Origin: an uncultured Nitrososphaerota archaeon
GTDB lineage: Archaea > Thermoproteota > Nitrososphaeria > Conexivisphaerales > DTJL01
Direction: 5' to 3'
NCBI GenBank assembly: GCA_963842885.1
Contig: CAWJIE010000004.1
Span: 128,001-192,000, forward strand
DNA: 64,000 bases
Both the position numbers and the translations under genes were made by a program. This document shows, piece by piece, positions 40,551 to 52,400 of the stretch; positions within the stretch are counted from its first letter, which is position 1, and each line of letters starts with the position of its first letter. The notes beneath the pieces were generated by a model. The model did no database searches. It saw only the letters and a list, made by a program, of their open reading frames with translations, and was not told the origin of the DNA.

Positions 40551-42347
40551 ATGTCCGCCCTCAACTGGCGCACTCGGCCCAGCGCGATAGGAGGTCTTCT
40601 TGTCGACACGGCCATGGGTCGATCCCATGCCGACACCGTCATCAGTCATGCCCGACTCGTCAACGTCAACACGGGCGAAATAGAGGAGGATGTAGACGTG
40701 GCTGTCAAGAGGGACAGGATAGCCCTCGTGGGGGATGCCCGGCACACAGTGGGCCCTTGGACCCACGTCATAGACGCGAAGGGGAGGTACCTTGCACCCG
40801 GCCTCATCGACTCCCATATGCACATAGAGAGCTCCATGGTCACGCCCACCCAGTTCGCCAGGGCGGTGCTCCCCAGGGGCACGACGACGGTCTTCGTTGA
40901 CCCTCATGAGATTTGTAACGTCAAGGGGTTGGAGGGGGTAAGGTACATGCTGAAGGAGTCGCTCTTGCTTCCGCTGAAGGTCTACTTCACGCTTCCGTCA
41001 TGCGTGCCTGCGCTTCCGGGATTCGAGTCGGCGGGAGCTGCCATCGGCCCCCCCGACATCGTTAGAGCGTTGAAGTGGCCCACCGTCGTCGCCCTCGGGG
41101 AGATGATGAACTATCGCGGGGTCCTCGCCCGCGACCGGAAGGTCATGGGGGAGATACGGGCGACACTTGAGGCCGGCATGCTGGTGGAAGGGCATTCCCC
41201 CGGACTTCACGACCGGTACCTTTCGGCCTACGTGGCCGCGGGCATCACATCCTGTCATGAATCGACGGGAAAGGAGGAGGCCATAGAGAAGCTGAGGAGG
41301 GGGATGTACCTCCAGGTCAGGGAGGGCTCCGCATGGCTGGACCTGAAAGAGAGCATCAGGGCTGTGACGGAGGGCGGGGTGGACAGCCGCCACGTCTGCC
41401 TAGTGACCGATGACAGGGAACCCGGCTCACTTGTGAAGCAGGGGCATATGGACCACGTGGTGAGGAGGGCCATCGAAGAAGGCGTGGAACCTGTGGAGGC
41501 CATCCAGATGGCTACCATCAATCCTGCCGAGCACTATGAAATGGGACGCTTCCTTGGATCGATCGCCCCCATGAGGAGCGCTGACCTGGTCCTCCTTTCG
41601 TCCCTAGAGGAGTTCAAGCCTTCCCTTGTGATGGCGGACGGCAGGACTGTCGCCTCCGAGGGTCATCTAGTCCTCCCCATCCGGCAACCGAAGGTACCAC
41701 GGGGGATGGTGGAGTCCATCCATCTGAAACGTCTTCCCGTCCCGGATGATTTCGCTGTCAGTGCCCGCAAGGAGAGAGGCACTGTAGAGGTCAGGGCAAT
41801 CGGAGTTACCGGGGGGAGCGTGTACACCAGGGAGACGGTGGAGGAGGTGACGGTGAAAGACGGCCTCGCCGAGATATCCCGATCGAAGGACGTCCTGAAG
41901 GTGGCCGTGGTGGAGAGGCACCACGCGTCTGGAAGGAAGGTCGTCGCGTTTGTCAAGGGATTTGGGTTCAAGGAAGGAGCCGTCGCTTCGACGGTCGCCC
42001 ACGATTCACACAACCTCCTGCTCATCGGCGCTGACGAAAGGGACATGGCCTTCGCTGCGAAGGCTGTCACGGAACAGGGAGGTGGGATGGTCGCCGTGAG
42101 AGGGGGCCAAGTCCTTGGCGCGATAAGGCTACCCGTGGCGGGACTGCTGTCGGACAGCCCGGTCGAGGAGGTGGCCGAGCAGGCGGAGGGACTCCTCCAA
42201 GCCTGGCGGAGCATGGGCTGCGAAATGGTGGAGCCCTTCATGACCATGTCCATGGTCACCCTGACGGTCCTCCCCGAGCTCAGGCTGAGCGACAGGGGGC
42301 TGCTGAACACCAGGGAGTTCAAATTCGTAGAGCCTGTGCTAGGGTAG
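40551..42347 (+). CDS. ade: Adenine deaminase
   Basis: DSHMHIESS, DPHEI, EMMN, EGH, HE, TDD, TVAHDSHN. Confidence 0.96.
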   Translation: MSALNWRTRPSAIGGLLVDTAMGRSHADTVISHARLVNVNTGEIEEDVDVAVKRDRIALVGDARHTVGPWTHVIDAKGRYLAPGLIDSHMHIESSMVTPTQFARAVLPRGTTTVFVDPHEICNVKGLEGVRYMLKESLLLPLKVYFTLPSCVPALPGFESAGAAIGPPDIVRALKWPTVVALGEMMNYRGVLARDRKVMGEIRATLEAGMLVEGHSPGLHDRYLSAYVAAGITSCHESTGKEEAIEKLRRGMYLQVREGSAWLDLKESIRAVTEGGVDSRHVCLVTDDREPGSLVKQGHMDHVVRRAIEEGVEPVEAIQMATINPAEHYEMGRFLGSIAPMRSADLVLLSSLEEFKPSLVMADGRTVASEGHLVLPIRQPKVPRGMVESIHLKRLPVPDDFAVSARKERGTVEVRAIGVTGGSVYTRETVEEVTVKDGLAEISRSKDVLKVAVVERHHASGRKVVAFVKGFGFKEGAVASTVAHDSHNLLLIGADERDMAFAAKAVTEQGGGMVAVRGGQVLGAIRLPVAGLLSDSPVEEVAEQAEGLLQAWRSMGCEMVEPFMTMSMVTLTVLPELRLSDRGLLNTREFKFVEPVLG

Positions 42348-42377
42348 AACAGAAAACAGAAACGTTGAAGCGAATGC

Positions 42378-43694
42378 CTACTTGACTTCGACGTCCTGCT
42401 TTTCGGTTATTTCCTTGACGATGCCAGCCGCGACTGTCCTGCCCGAGTCCCTCAGCGCAAACCTGCCCAGTTCAGGGAAATCCTTGTAGGTCTCTATGCA
42501 GATGGGCTTCAGTGGTTTTATCTTGACGATGGCAGCGTCGCCCGTCTTCAGGCTCTTCGGCTTGTCCTCGACTACCTGTCCCGTGCGCGGATCGATCTTC
42601 GACACCAGCTCGCTCACCGAAGCGGCTACCTGCAAAGTATGAGCGTGGAGGACCGGCGTGTAGCCGGCCGCGATGGCCGTCGGGTGGAAGACCACGATTA
42701 TCTGGCCTATGAATTCCTTGGCGACTGTGGGCGGCGCGTTCGTTGAACCTACCACGTCTCCCCTCCTGATGTCGCCCTTGGCGATTCCCCTAATGTTGAA
42801 GCCGATGTTGTCGCCAGGTATGGCCTGCGGGATCTGGGCGTGGTGAGTCTCGATGGTCTTCACCTCACCCTTCACGCCGGCTGGCATGACGACGACCACG
42901 TCGTTGGGCTTCATGACGCCCGTCTCAACCCTGCCGACGGGGACGGTCCCTACGCCGGTGATGGTGTAGACGTCTTGAATGGGAATCCTCAGAGGCTTGT
43001 CGGTGGGTTTCGCCGACTCCACGAGCATGTCCATGGCTTCGAACACGGTGGGGCCCTTGTACCACGGCATGTTCGGGGATTTCGTGATGAGGTTGTCTCC
43101 CTTCCAGCCGGAGACGGGGATGATGTTCAGAGATTCAACCTTGTAGCCCACCTTCTTCAGGAGAGCCGACGCCTCGGCCTTCACTTCCTCGAACCTCTTC
43201 TGGTCGTAGGGTGTAGGCGTTGTGGCGTCCATCTTGTTGATCAGCACGATGAGCTGGTTGACGCCGAGGGTCTTCAGCAGGAAGGCGTGCTCAACGGTCT
43301 GGCCTCCCTCACCCAGGCCCGCTTCCGTCTCTCCGGGCTTCGATGATATGACGAGGACAGCCGCGTCCGCTTCGCTGGCTCCGGTAATCATGTTCTTGAC
43401 GAAGTCCCTGTGTCCGGGGGCGTCGATAAGCGTGAACGTATACTTCTTGGTCTCGAACTTCTGGAAGGCGAGGTCGACGGTGATCCCCCTCTCCCTCTCC
43501 TCCTTGAGCTGGTCTAGGACCCATGCGTACTTGAAAGTGTCGCCTCTGCCTGTCTCCTCAGAGCTCTTGGCGTATTCGTCGATGAGACGTTGGTCGACGA
43601 CACCAAGATCGAAGAGGAAGTGACCCATGGTAGTCGACTTGCCGTGGTCGATGTGGCCGGTCACTACTAGGTTCAGGTGTGTTTTCTCAGGCAA
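42378..43694 (-). CDS. tuf: Translation elongation factor EF-1 alpha
   Basis: [36 protein letters not shown]. Confidence 0.99.
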   Translation of the reverse strand: MPEKTHLNLVVTGHIDHGKSTTMGHFLFDLGVVDQRLIDEYAKSSEETGRGDTFKYAWVLDQLKEERERGITVDLAFQKFETKKYTFTLIDAPGHRDFVKNMITGASEADAAVLVISSKPGETEAGLGEGGQTVEHAFLLKTLGVNQLIVLINKMDATTPTPYDQKRFEEVKAEASALLKKVGYKVESLNIIPVSGWKGDNLITKSPNMPWYKGPTVFEAMDMLVESAKPTDKPLRIPIQDVYTITGVGTVPVGRVETGVMKPNDVVVVMPAGVKGEVKTIETHHAQIPQAIPGDNIGFNIRGIAKGDIRRGDVVGSTNAPPTVAKEFIGQIIVVFHPTAIAAGYTPVLHAHTLQVAASVSELVSKIDPRTGQVVEDKPKSLKTGDAAIVKIKPLKPICIETYKDFPELGRFALRDSGRTVAAGIVKEITEKQDVEVK

Positions 43695-43759
43695 CTGTAT
43701 GCACCCTAACTAACGCATAGCAACACGGAGGATATTATTTAAGGTTTAGTGCGAGGATT

Positions 43760-44354
43760 CTAGCGTGAAGAGAGCGCGATGCGCTCCTGCTCCGACTTCT
43801 TCTTCACAGAGAAGCTCGACCCGTCGTTGTTGGCAGCAGCGATGAGCTCGTCCGCCAGCACTTCCTCCACCCCGCGCTGAGACGAAAAGGCTGCCTCCCT
43901 GACCCCTTCGGCGATGAACCTGAGAGCCAGGTCGATGCGGCGCAGCGGCGCGACGTCCACCGAAAGGTGATAGACGACGCCACCGTAGCTGATCCTCGTT
44001 GTGTCTTCGTTGGGAGCGGCGTTCTCGACGGCTTGGACAAGGACCTGAACGGGGTTCTCGCCCGTCTTCAGCTCGACGATTCTCGAGAGCCGTGCGGACG
44101 ATGTTCATGCTCTTCTGCTTCTTGCCTCCCATCCTGCCGGTATTCTTGGCGTGCTTCCGTCCAAAGTGCATCAGAGAGTTGGCCAACCTCTCGACGATGC
44201 TGACATCGGCCTTGCCGAACTTCTTGTGCTCGTGGCGACCGTGAGTGTGCGGGATGACGGAAGGTCGCAGCGAAAGGACCCGCTGCAGCCCCACGTCGGT
44301 GACTTCAATCTTTGCGAGGTCCCATTTTCCGAAAAGCAAAATCTTGTCGGCCAC
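43760..44354 (-). CDS. rps7: 30S ribosomal protein S7; frameshift ~44080
   Basis: LFGKW, IVERL.N.LM, VDVAPLRRIDLAL, KKSEQERIALSSR. Confidence 0.96.
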
Positions 44355-44361
44355 GAAGCAT

Positions 44362-44802
44362 CTACCTCTTGGGTTTCTCTTTGCGGCCCACGACGAGCAT
44401 GCCCAAAGAGACACCGTTGACGGTGGATACCTGCCACCGGACCCCTGGGATGTCTCCCATGGCCCTCCCTTGAGACCCGCCGATCCCTTCGATGACGACC
44501 TCGTCGTGTTCGTCGACGTAGTTCAGCGCGCCGTCGCCCGGGAGAAAGGCAGTGACCTGCTTGCCGTTCTTCACAAGCTGCACCCTCACGCACTTTCTGA
44601 TGGCGGAGTTGGGCTGCTTGGACTCGACGCCCACCTTCTCAAGAACGATCCCTCTAGCCTGGGGGGAAGCCTCCAGCGGGTCCGCCTTCTCGTCCAGTTT
44701 CAGCATGCGCCTTTTGTAGTACTTGTTGGACCAGCGATGCTCCTGCCTACTGCTCTGAAGCTTGCGGGCAGCGAACTCGCCTCTCGGAGACTTATGGGCC
44801 AA
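44362..44802 (-). CDS. rps12: 30S ribosomal protein S12
   Basis: [23 protein letters not shown]. Confidence 0.99.
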   Translation of the reverse strand: MAHKSPRGEFAARKLQSSRQEHRWSNKYYKRRMLKLDEKADPLEASPQARGIVLEKVGVESKQPNSAIRKCVRVQLVKNGKQVTAFLPGDGALNYVDEHDEVVIEGIGGSQGRAMGDIPGVRWQVSTVNGVSLGMLVVGRKEKPKR

Positions 44803-44861
44803 GCCTTAGTCACCAACCCGCTGACATGCGTCCATATAAGATTTAGGTCTCAAAACGCGTT

Positions 44862-45305
44862 TCACTGGGTGATGATGTGTATGTGCTCAATCCCGAAGTA
44901 ACGTTTCGCCAAGATTCTCGCGCGCTCGGCGTTCCGGCCCCCCCGTCCGAGGACGGCCCCCTTGTTCTTGGCTGAGACGGTGACGATGCCAACCTTGGAC
45001 CCGTCCGCCTTCTCGTTAACCTTGGCGTCGATGACGTTCCTTGTGCCCAGGGCGTTCTTTATGAATTCGCGAGGGTCATCGGAGTATTCGACCAGCTCGA
45101 TGGGCCTTGCGATGACGTTCTCGAGGTTGTCGATGGTCTGGCCCTTCTTCCCTATGGCCTGCCCCATGAACTCCTTCTCGAGGACGAAGATGATGCGATC
45201 ACCAGCGGGATCGATGACGCAATCCCTGGAGCTGACGCCGGTTACGTTCTGGAAAATGGCCATGAGGCCGAGCTCTTCGGACGTGAGTTTTATTTCAGGC
45301 GACAA
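44862..45305 (-). CDS. nusA: Archaeal NusA (KH domains)
   Basis: AIGKKG, ELVEYSDD, LGRGGRN; operon position. Confidence 0.96.
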   Translation of the reverse strand: MSPEIKLTSEELGLMAIFQNVTGVSSRDCVIDPAGDRIIFVLEKEFMGQAIGKKGQTIDNLENVIARPIELVEYSDDPREFIKNALGTRNVIDAKVNEKADGSKVGIVTVSAKNKGAVLGRGGRNAERARILAKRYFGIEHIHIITQ

Positions 45306-45354
45306 ACCAACATCTCAATCCTAAACAAACGAAGCTCGTTTCACTACCTGTTCT

Positions 45355-45696
45355 TTAAGCCTTTTGCTCTGCGGGGGCCTCGGGGGCCCCAGAGCCTAGC
45401 AGCTTGCCGACATCGGCGTCCCCGGCGCTCTTAATGGAGAGCACCTTGACCGGGAACGACCTGCCGGCCGCTGCCCCGAGGGTGACCGCAGAGTCTTCGA
45501 AGACCACCAGGGGGACCTCCGCCTCCTTGCAGGCCTGCTGGACCGCCTCAAGTTCTTCGCTTCGCAGAGAGTTCGATATGACCACCAGCTTCGACGTCTT
45601 CAATGTGCGTAGGCTGGCTCGCTCGCCCAGGACCACCTTGCCAGACTTCATGGCAACCTTAATCACGGATGCAACGGCTTTGTTGTCCATTTTCAT
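45355..45696 (-). CDS. rpl30e: 50S ribosomal protein L30e
   Basis: MKSGKVVLG, LG.AAGRSFPV; operon position. Confidence 0.92.
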   Translation of the reverse strand: MKMDNKAVASVIKVAMKSGKVVLGERASLRTLKTSKLVVISNSLRSEELEAVQQACKEAEVPLVVFEDSAVTLGAAAGRSFPVKVLSIKSAGDADVGKLLGSGAPEAPAEQKA

Positions 45697-48600
45697 TCGC
45701 CACCTTTCATGTAGATATCAACCATTCCAGTGCCAACTGGTATGGTGGAACCCACGATAACGTTTTCGGTCACGCCCCTGAGCTCCTCCGTCTCCCCCCG
45801 TGCTGCCGCTTCGGCCAGAGTCGGGACGGTGATCTCGAAGGCTGCCCTGGCTAGGACGCTCGTCTTCGAGCCGGCTATGCCGTGCCTGCCAATCTGCTGC
45901 AGGATGCCCTTGCTGGTCATCAGGTCCGCCACCAGGAGGATGTGACGCACGTCCACCTCCAGGCCCTGCTCGTCCAGTGTATTGAGTATCTCCCTCACGA
46001 TGGCGTTCCGTGCGGCTTCGACGCCGAGGTTCATCGCTATCTCGTAGATGTTGTTGGTCGTGGTCTTGGTCGAGTCCACTCCCGGAAGCTTGAGCACTTT
46101 GCCGAGGTTGGATCCAGCGGTCTGGACCATCCACTCGTCATCCTTCTGAACCACCGAGACGCTCGTGATTCCGGGAACCCCCTTGACCCTCGTGTTGAGG
46201 GTCTTGTCCCTGACGCTCACGGCGGCCTGGTCCTCGAAGTTGTCGACCAGGATCTTGAAGAACCTGCCCTTTTCGTCCACCTTGGTCTTGTTCTTGGGCG
46301 ACTTGATGACGGAGGTTATCGTCTCCACCGTGCATGCCCTCTCTGCCATCTTCTCCGAGTCAAAGACGAATTCGAATGCTATCTCCTGGTAGTCCTTCTT
46401 GACCTGCTTGACCATGTCTCCCAACTTCGTGAAGAGTATCTCCCTGGCAACTTCCAACGCCTTCTCCTGACTGGCCTTGTGTTCCTCGTCCAAGTAGATG
46501 TCCATGGTGGGGGTGCTGGGCTGCTTGCGTGCGTCCACCAGCTCGATGAGCCTCGGCAGACCCAACGTGACGTCCCTCTCCCTTACGCCCGCAAAGTGGA
46601 ACGTCCTGAGGGTCATCTGCGTTCCTGGCTCGCCGATGGACTGCGCCCCGACGACGCCCATGGCCTCACCCGGCTCCACAAGAGCCCTCTTGTACAGCGC
46701 CACGGTGGCTTCGCAGACGGCCTTGGACGCCTTCTTGCTGAGCTCGCCCTTCTTCAGGGCCTCCTCGAGCTCCTCGGCCAGCCTCGGGTTGAGTCTGTCG
46801 ACGTACCCCTTAACGAGGGACTTCGCTTCGTTTTCCTTTATCCTGACAAGTGTCTTGTCGTCAAGGAGCTCTTGGGAGTCGATGAGCCTATCCACGTTGA
46901 CGGCCTTCCCGTGGTCGCTCTTTGATGGATCCACGCCGTCCTCTCCGTATCTGAACTGGATGAGGTTGCCTTGGGGGTCCCTCACGGTGGAATCGTACTC
47001 CACCCTGATGTGCTCCATGGCGTTCACAAGCCTCCTCTGCATGTAACCGCTCTGCTGGGTCCTGACCGCCGTGTCCACTAGGCCTTCTCTCCCACCCATC
47101 GCGTGGAAGAAGAACTCGATGGGGTCGAGGCCCTCGCGATAGTTGGACTTGACAAATCCATAGGCGTCGGGGTTCTTCTCAAGCTGCTTGAAATGAGCCA
47201 GAGCCCTGTGATAGTAGCCCCTCGTGATACGCTTTCCGCGCACCGACTGCTGCCCGACCGTCGCCGTCATCTGCCCGAGGTTGAGCGACGAGCCTCTGGC
47301 CCCCGTCTTTGCCATGATGATGCCCGCGTTCGTGTCCGGGAGGCTCCTCTCAACGACGCGTCCGGCGTGATCCCTGGCCAAGCTCAGCTGGCTCATGATG
47401 TACTGCTCGAGGGCCTGTTCCGGCCTGAGGCCCTTTATCAGGGGGAGCTTGCCCGCATCGTACTTCTTGTAGAGATCTCCGACGTTAGTATATGCAGTCC
47501 CGATGATGTCGTCGATTTCCTTCACGGCTTCGCCGCTGAGCTCCAGCTCGTCGAAACCAAAGGAGAAGCCCACCGACGTGATGTAGGCTCTGAGAATCCT
47601 AAGTATGGAGTTCAGGAAGGTCCTGGCAGCGTCCGTGCCATAGTCCTTCACTATCCTGTGGAGGATGGTATCTGGCTCCTCAGCCCCGATGGAGGCCTTG
47701 TCGATGACGCCAGATTGCAACACGCCACCCATGACGACGACGTCCTTCCCCTTCTTTCCGCCTTTGGCCTTGAACCACTTCGACGTCAACACATAGTTGA
47801 AATCCTTGGGGAGGAAGAGGCTGAAGAGCTGCCTGCCGGTGTAGAGCTCCTCGGGCTCCTTCTTCTCGGGAGGTGGGAGCTCGCCGCTGTAACCTCCGGC
47901 GTAGGCCAGGTTGGAGAACTGCGTCTTAGTAAGGAAGACACCGTCCTTAGTGAGGAGGAAGGCTGCAGTCAGGAAGTCCCTTATCGCTCCAATGATGGGG
48001 CCGCCGTACCTGGGGGAAATGAGCTGGTCCTGCACTCTCATGAGCGTGAGGGCCTCGGATCGCGCCTCTTCTCCCTGCGGGACATGGAGGTTCATCTCGT
48101 CCCCGTCAAAGTCGGCGTTGTAGGGAGGACAGACGGCGGGGTGAAGCCTGAAGGTCCTGTACGGGAGGACCTTCACGAAGTGTGCCATGATGGACATCCT
48201 GTGCAGCGAAGGTTGGCGGTTGAACAGAACGACGTCGCCGTCGCTGAGGTGGCGCTCCACCACGTATCCCGGAGCCAGCGCCTCGCTGATAGCCTGCCTG
48301 TCTCCAGCGAACTCGAGCCTGATCTTGACGCCGTCGGGTCGAATGATGTAGTTGGCGCCCGGATGCGTCGTAGGACCGTTAATCACGAGCTTCTTCAGGT
48401 GCTCGATGTTCCAGGAGGCCACCTTCTCGGGGATGGTGAGCTTCTTGGCGACCTCGACTGGGACACCCACCTCAGATATGTCCAAGCAGGGGTCAGGCGA
48501 GATGACGGTGCGGCTTGAAAAGTCCACCCGCTTCCCTGAAAGGCTTCCCCTGAAGCGTCCCTCCTTGCCCTTCAGCCTCTGGCTGATGGTCTTCAGCGGC

Positions 48601-49487
48601 CTCCCGGACCTGTGATGGGCCTGGGGGATGCCGGAGACCTCGTTGTCGAAGTAGGTGGTCACGTGGTACTGGAGGAGGTCCACAAGGTCTTGCACGATGA
48701 GGGGCGGCGTCCCCGACTCCTTGCTTTCCCTGACCCTCTGGTTCACCCTCAATATGTCCACGAGCTTGTGGGTTAGGTCGTCTTCCGATCTGATGCCGGT
48801 TTCCAGTGTTATGGAGGGCCTCACTGTCACAGGTGGCACGGGCAGGACCTGGAGGACGAGCCATTCCGGCTTTGCCGACAGCGGGTCGAAGCCCAGCAAG
48901 ATCAGGTCTTCGTCGAGTATCCTCTCCATGCGTTCCCTGATGGCCGCGGGAAGGAGGCGGACGGCGCCACCTTCATCGTTGATCTCATGGAACAGGTGAG
49001 GTTTGGTAAACTCGACCTCCAGCTTCTTCTTGCCGCAGTGAGGGCATACCTTGGCCTTCTTTGCCTTGGCGACTATCTCCTTCGATATCCGCTCGACGAT
49101 GTTGGGTGTCGTATATCCCTTGACCGTGATTTGCTCTCTGTATGCCTTGACTTCGTCCTCGGGGAGCAGAACTCTGCCACAGCTGCGGCAGGTGGCCACC
49201 AGCAGCGTGTGGGTGATCGTGACGAACGCCACATGGAGGACGGGCTCGGCCAGCTCGATGTGGCCGAAGTGGCCGGGGCAACGGGCGCTGGTATTGCCAC
49301 AGGTGCCGCACTTCTGGCCGGGCTCCAGCACGCCTAGGCGGCTGTCCATGAGGCCTCCCTGCACGGGCATTCCATCTTCGTCGTAGGTCTCCGGGACAGT
49401 AATCTCGACGGTGGAGTACTTCCTGACCTCCGAAGGTGAGAAGACGCAGAAACCGATTCCGCCGACGGTCTTTATCGCTTCTTCCAT
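45693..49487 (-). CDS. rpo1: RNA polymerase largest subunit, fused A'/A'' (Rpo1)
   Basis: NADFDGD, CPGHFGH, GEPGTQMTLRTFH in one 1264-aa ORF. Confidence 0.99.
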   Translation of the reverse strand: MEEAIKTVGGIGFCVFSPSEVRKYSTVEITVPETYDEDGMPVQGGLMDSRLGVLEPGQKCGTCGNTSARCPGHFGHIELAEPVLHVAFVTITHTLLVATCRSCGRVLLPEDEVKAYREQITVKGYTTPNIVERISKEIVAKAKKAKVCPHCGKKKLEVEFTKPHLFHEINDEGGAVRLLPAAIRERMERILDEDLILLGFDPLSAKPEWLVLQVLPVPPVTVRPSITLETGIRSEDDLTHKLVDILRVNQRVRESKESGTPPLIVQDLVDLLQYHVTTYFDNEVSGIPQAHHRSGRPLKTISQRLKGKEGRFRGSLSGKRVDFSSRTVISPDPCLDISEVGVPVEVAKKLTIPEKVASWNIEHLKKLVINGPTTHPGANYIIRPDGVKIRLEFAGDRQAISEALAPGYVVERHLSDGDVVLFNRQPSLHRMSIMAHFVKVLPYRTFRLHPAVCPPYNADFDGDEMNLHVPQGEEARSEALTLMRVQDQLISPRYGGPIIGAIRDFLTAAFLLTKDGVFLTKTQFSNLAYAGGYSGELPPPEKKEPEELYTGRQLFSLFLPKDFNYVLTSKWFKAKGGKKGKDVVVMGGVLQSGVIDKASIGAEEPDTILHRIVKDYGTDAARTFLNSILRILRAYITSVGFSFGFDELELSGEAVKEIDDIIGTAYTNVGDLYKKYDAGKLPLIKGLRPEQALEQYIMSQLSLARDHAGRVVERSLPDTNAGIIMAKTGARGSSLNLGQMTATVGQQSVRGKRITRGYYHRALAHFKQLEKNPDAYGFVKSNYREGLDPIEFFFHAMGGREGLVDTAVRTQQSGYMQRRLVNAMEHIRVEYDSTVRDPQGNLIQFRYGEDGVDPSKSDHGKAVNVDRLIDSQELLDDKTLVRIKENEAKSLVKGYVDRLNPRLAEELEEALKKGELSKKASKAVCEATVALYKRALVEPGEAMGVVGAQSIGEPGTQMTLRTFHFAGVRERDVTLGLPRLIELVDARKQPSTPTMDIYLDEEHKASQEKALEVAREILFTKLGDMVKQVKKDYQEIAFEFVFDSEKMAERACTVETITSVIKSPKNKTKVDEKGRFFKILVDNFEDQAAVSVRDKTLNTRVKGVPGITSVSVVQKDDEWMVQTAGSNLGKVLKLPGVDSTKTTTNNIYEIAMNLGVEAARNAIVREILNTLDEQGLEVDVRHILLVADLMTSKGILQQIGRHGIAGSKTSVLARAAFEITVPTLAEAAARGETEELRGVTENVIVGSTIPVGTGMVDIYMKGGE

Positions 49488-49499
49488 CTCAATACACCT

Positions 49500-52400
49500 C
49501 TATACCTTGTCCTTCAGCTTGAGACGCGGCGCGATGACCAAGCTCATCATCTCCTGCAGCAGCAACTTGAAGGCATACGCTACGGTGACGGTGGAGATCT
49601 TGCTCGAATCTCCATCCACCTTGCAAATGTACTTGCGCTGCCTGGAGTCGTAGTAGGCGATCAGACCACACTTCTCGCAGATGTGGACCTCCGTCTTGTC
49701 GGACTCCTCCAGGAGCCTGTCCTTCAGGACCATGGCGGCGCCATAGGCTATGAGACAGTCCCTCTCCATCTCTCCGAACCTCAGGCCTCCCCCCCGGGCC
49801 CTGCCTTCCGTCGGTTGCTTGGTGAGCATCTGCACCTGACCGCGGGCGCGAGCATGGATCTTGTCGGCCACCATGTGGTGGAGCTTCTGATAGTAAACGA
49901 TGCCGGTATAGATGTCGGCCGGGTACCTCTTACCCGTGCGCCCGTCATACATCACTTCCCGGCCCGACGGCAGGAAGCCGAACTGCTTTAGGATGCCCTT
50001 GATCTCCGAGGGCTTCTCTCCGAGGAAGGCCGTGCCGTCCACCGCAGAGCCTCTCAACGCCGCTGCCTTGCCAGCCAGCGACTCCAGGAACTGGCCCACG
50101 GTCATCCGCGAGGGAAACGCGTGGGGGTTCATGATGACGTCTGGAACGATTCCCTGTTCGGTGTAAGGCATGTCCTCCTGGTTGACCAGGAGTCCCACGA
50201 CCCCCTTCTGGCCGTGTCTGAGAGGCGAACTTGTCGCCCAGCTCAGGGATCCTCTGGTCCCTGACGCGTATCTTGTATATCTTGTTCCCTTCGACGGTCT
50301 GCGTCATAAAGACGGAGTCGACGACGCCGTTCTCGCTCGGCCTCACCGCGATAGAGGTGTCGCGCCTGTAGGGACCCTTCACCTCGAACTCCTTGTATTC
50401 CTCCATGAAACGGGGTGGGCTCGTCCTTCCTGCCAAGACGTCTCCTCCGGAGACCACGGCTTCGGCCATGACGACCCCGTCGGGCTCGAGGAGCCGGTAG
50501 AACTTCTCACCCCTGAAGCCGCGTATGTTGGCGTCGGCGTTGGGAAGTTCAAACTTGTCCTTCATTCCCCCGAGGTACTGCTGGGCCTCGGCCTCGTAGA
50601 GCCTGTAGAAGAACGTGCGACCCAGGCCTCTGTCGACGCTGGACTTGTTCAGGACAACGGCGTCTTCGATGTTGTAGCCTTCGAAGCTGAGGACGGCCAG
50701 CACGGCGTTCTGACCCATGGGCCTTTCGTCCATGTCGATCAGCGTATGCGAGCGCGTCTTGACCACGGGGACCTGAGGGTAGACGGCGAGGTGCTGCCGA
50801 ACGTAGCTAACTATGCCGAAGTTGGAGGTGGAGAAGCCGAGAGCCTGCTTGGCCATGGCCGACTCGTAGGTGTTCCTTGGGGACTGGTTGTGCTCCGGAT
50901 ACGGGATGAGGGAACCCGCCACGCCCAGGATGGCTGGCGTGTAGAGCTCGAGGTGCGTGTGTTGAGGGGTCAGGTCCCGGGCATCCAGGGCGATGTAAGC
51001 GTTCTCCTCTTCATTGGCGTCGATTATCTCGAGCACGCCCTGGGAGACGAGGTCGCGCCAGCTGAGCATCCCCGTCTTGACCTTCTCGATCATGTCGGGC
51101 GTCACCTGCGGCCTGCCGTTCTCGACGACGATTAGAGGCCTAAGAACCCTGCCTGCGCTGGCCGAGACGTAGACCCTGACCGTAGCGTTGGGCAACTCCG
51201 GCTTGTAGACATATATCGAGACGTCGGAGGGGATTTCGCCCCTGCGCCGGAGCCTCCTGAAGGCAGAGGCGAGGCGGAAGGCGTCGTCCACATAGCCCAC
51301 CATCCTGCCGTCTACGAAAACCTTTGCTCCTGTCTCCTTCAGCTCTGGAGTCGCTTCGCCGTATCTCACGACGCCGAGCGTGAAGGGTTTGTTGAGCACT
51401 TCATGGCTAGACGACGTGACCGAAATGATGGCCGAAAGGGCCAAGTTCTTGACCAGGCCGCAGTTCGAGCCTTCGGGGGTTTCGTTGGGGCATATCCTGC
51501 CGAAGTGAGTCGAATGGAGGTCCCTTGCTTCGAAGTTGGGCTGGCTCCTGCTGAGGGGCGACTGGATGCGTCTCAGATGGCTCAAGGTCGAGAGATAGTT
51601 TGTCTTGTCCAGAAGCTGCGTGACGCCCACCTTCCCCCTTCCCCAGTTGCCTGTGGCGATGGCGTTGGCCAACTTGTCAGTTATGATTCCGGGACGGATA
51701 GCCGCGCCGACGACTGCGGGCCCCCGCCTCTGGCCTACCCTGTCCAGCTGATACTTCATGTCCCGCACCATGTTCCTGAAGGCCGTGCGGAACAAGTCGG
51801 CCAGCATCTGGCCGGCGAACTTGATGACCTTGTTCCCGTAGTGGTCCTTGTCGTCCTGGTCGATGTATCCCAGCCGAAGCTCCAATAGCTTGCATGCGGC
51901 TTCGCCAAGGAAAGCAGCCTTGTCAAGCCTGTTGGACGGCTGCCGTCCAAGGTGGGGGAGGAGGTACCAGTCGAGGAGCATCTCAGCCCTCTTCAGCCTC
52001 AGCTCGTCCATCATGCCGTGGGCTACCCTGTTGCCTATGTACATCAAGGCGTCCTGGGACGTAAGCGCCTCAGAGGCCTTCTCGAAAGTGGTCTCCAGCT
52101 GGTTCTGTATGAAGCTCTTGACTGAGACCATGTCGGCCACCTCCTTGTCGGTGTTGATGCCGAGGGCCCTGAGAACGATTACGAATGGAAGGTCGACGGG
52201 GGAAGCCGGAAGCTTGACATACAGTGCGCCGTCAGGCTTGAGCTCCAGCTCGAGCTTGGACCTGTATCCCACTATCGAGGAGTAGATCTTGGCCTTGTAA
52301 GACGTCTTGCCGCCGCTCTTGTCGGTTTCGACCAGGATCTTGTTGGGCGAAAGGTCCTCCAGACCCACGATGACCCTCTCGGAGCCGTTGATGACGTAGT

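Noticed and set aside
218-51135. Long antisense or alternative-frame ORFs (e.g. 218..1225, 16353..17831, 47103..48518, 50170..51135)
   Set aside because: Shadows of strongly GC3-biased real genes with no motifs of their own
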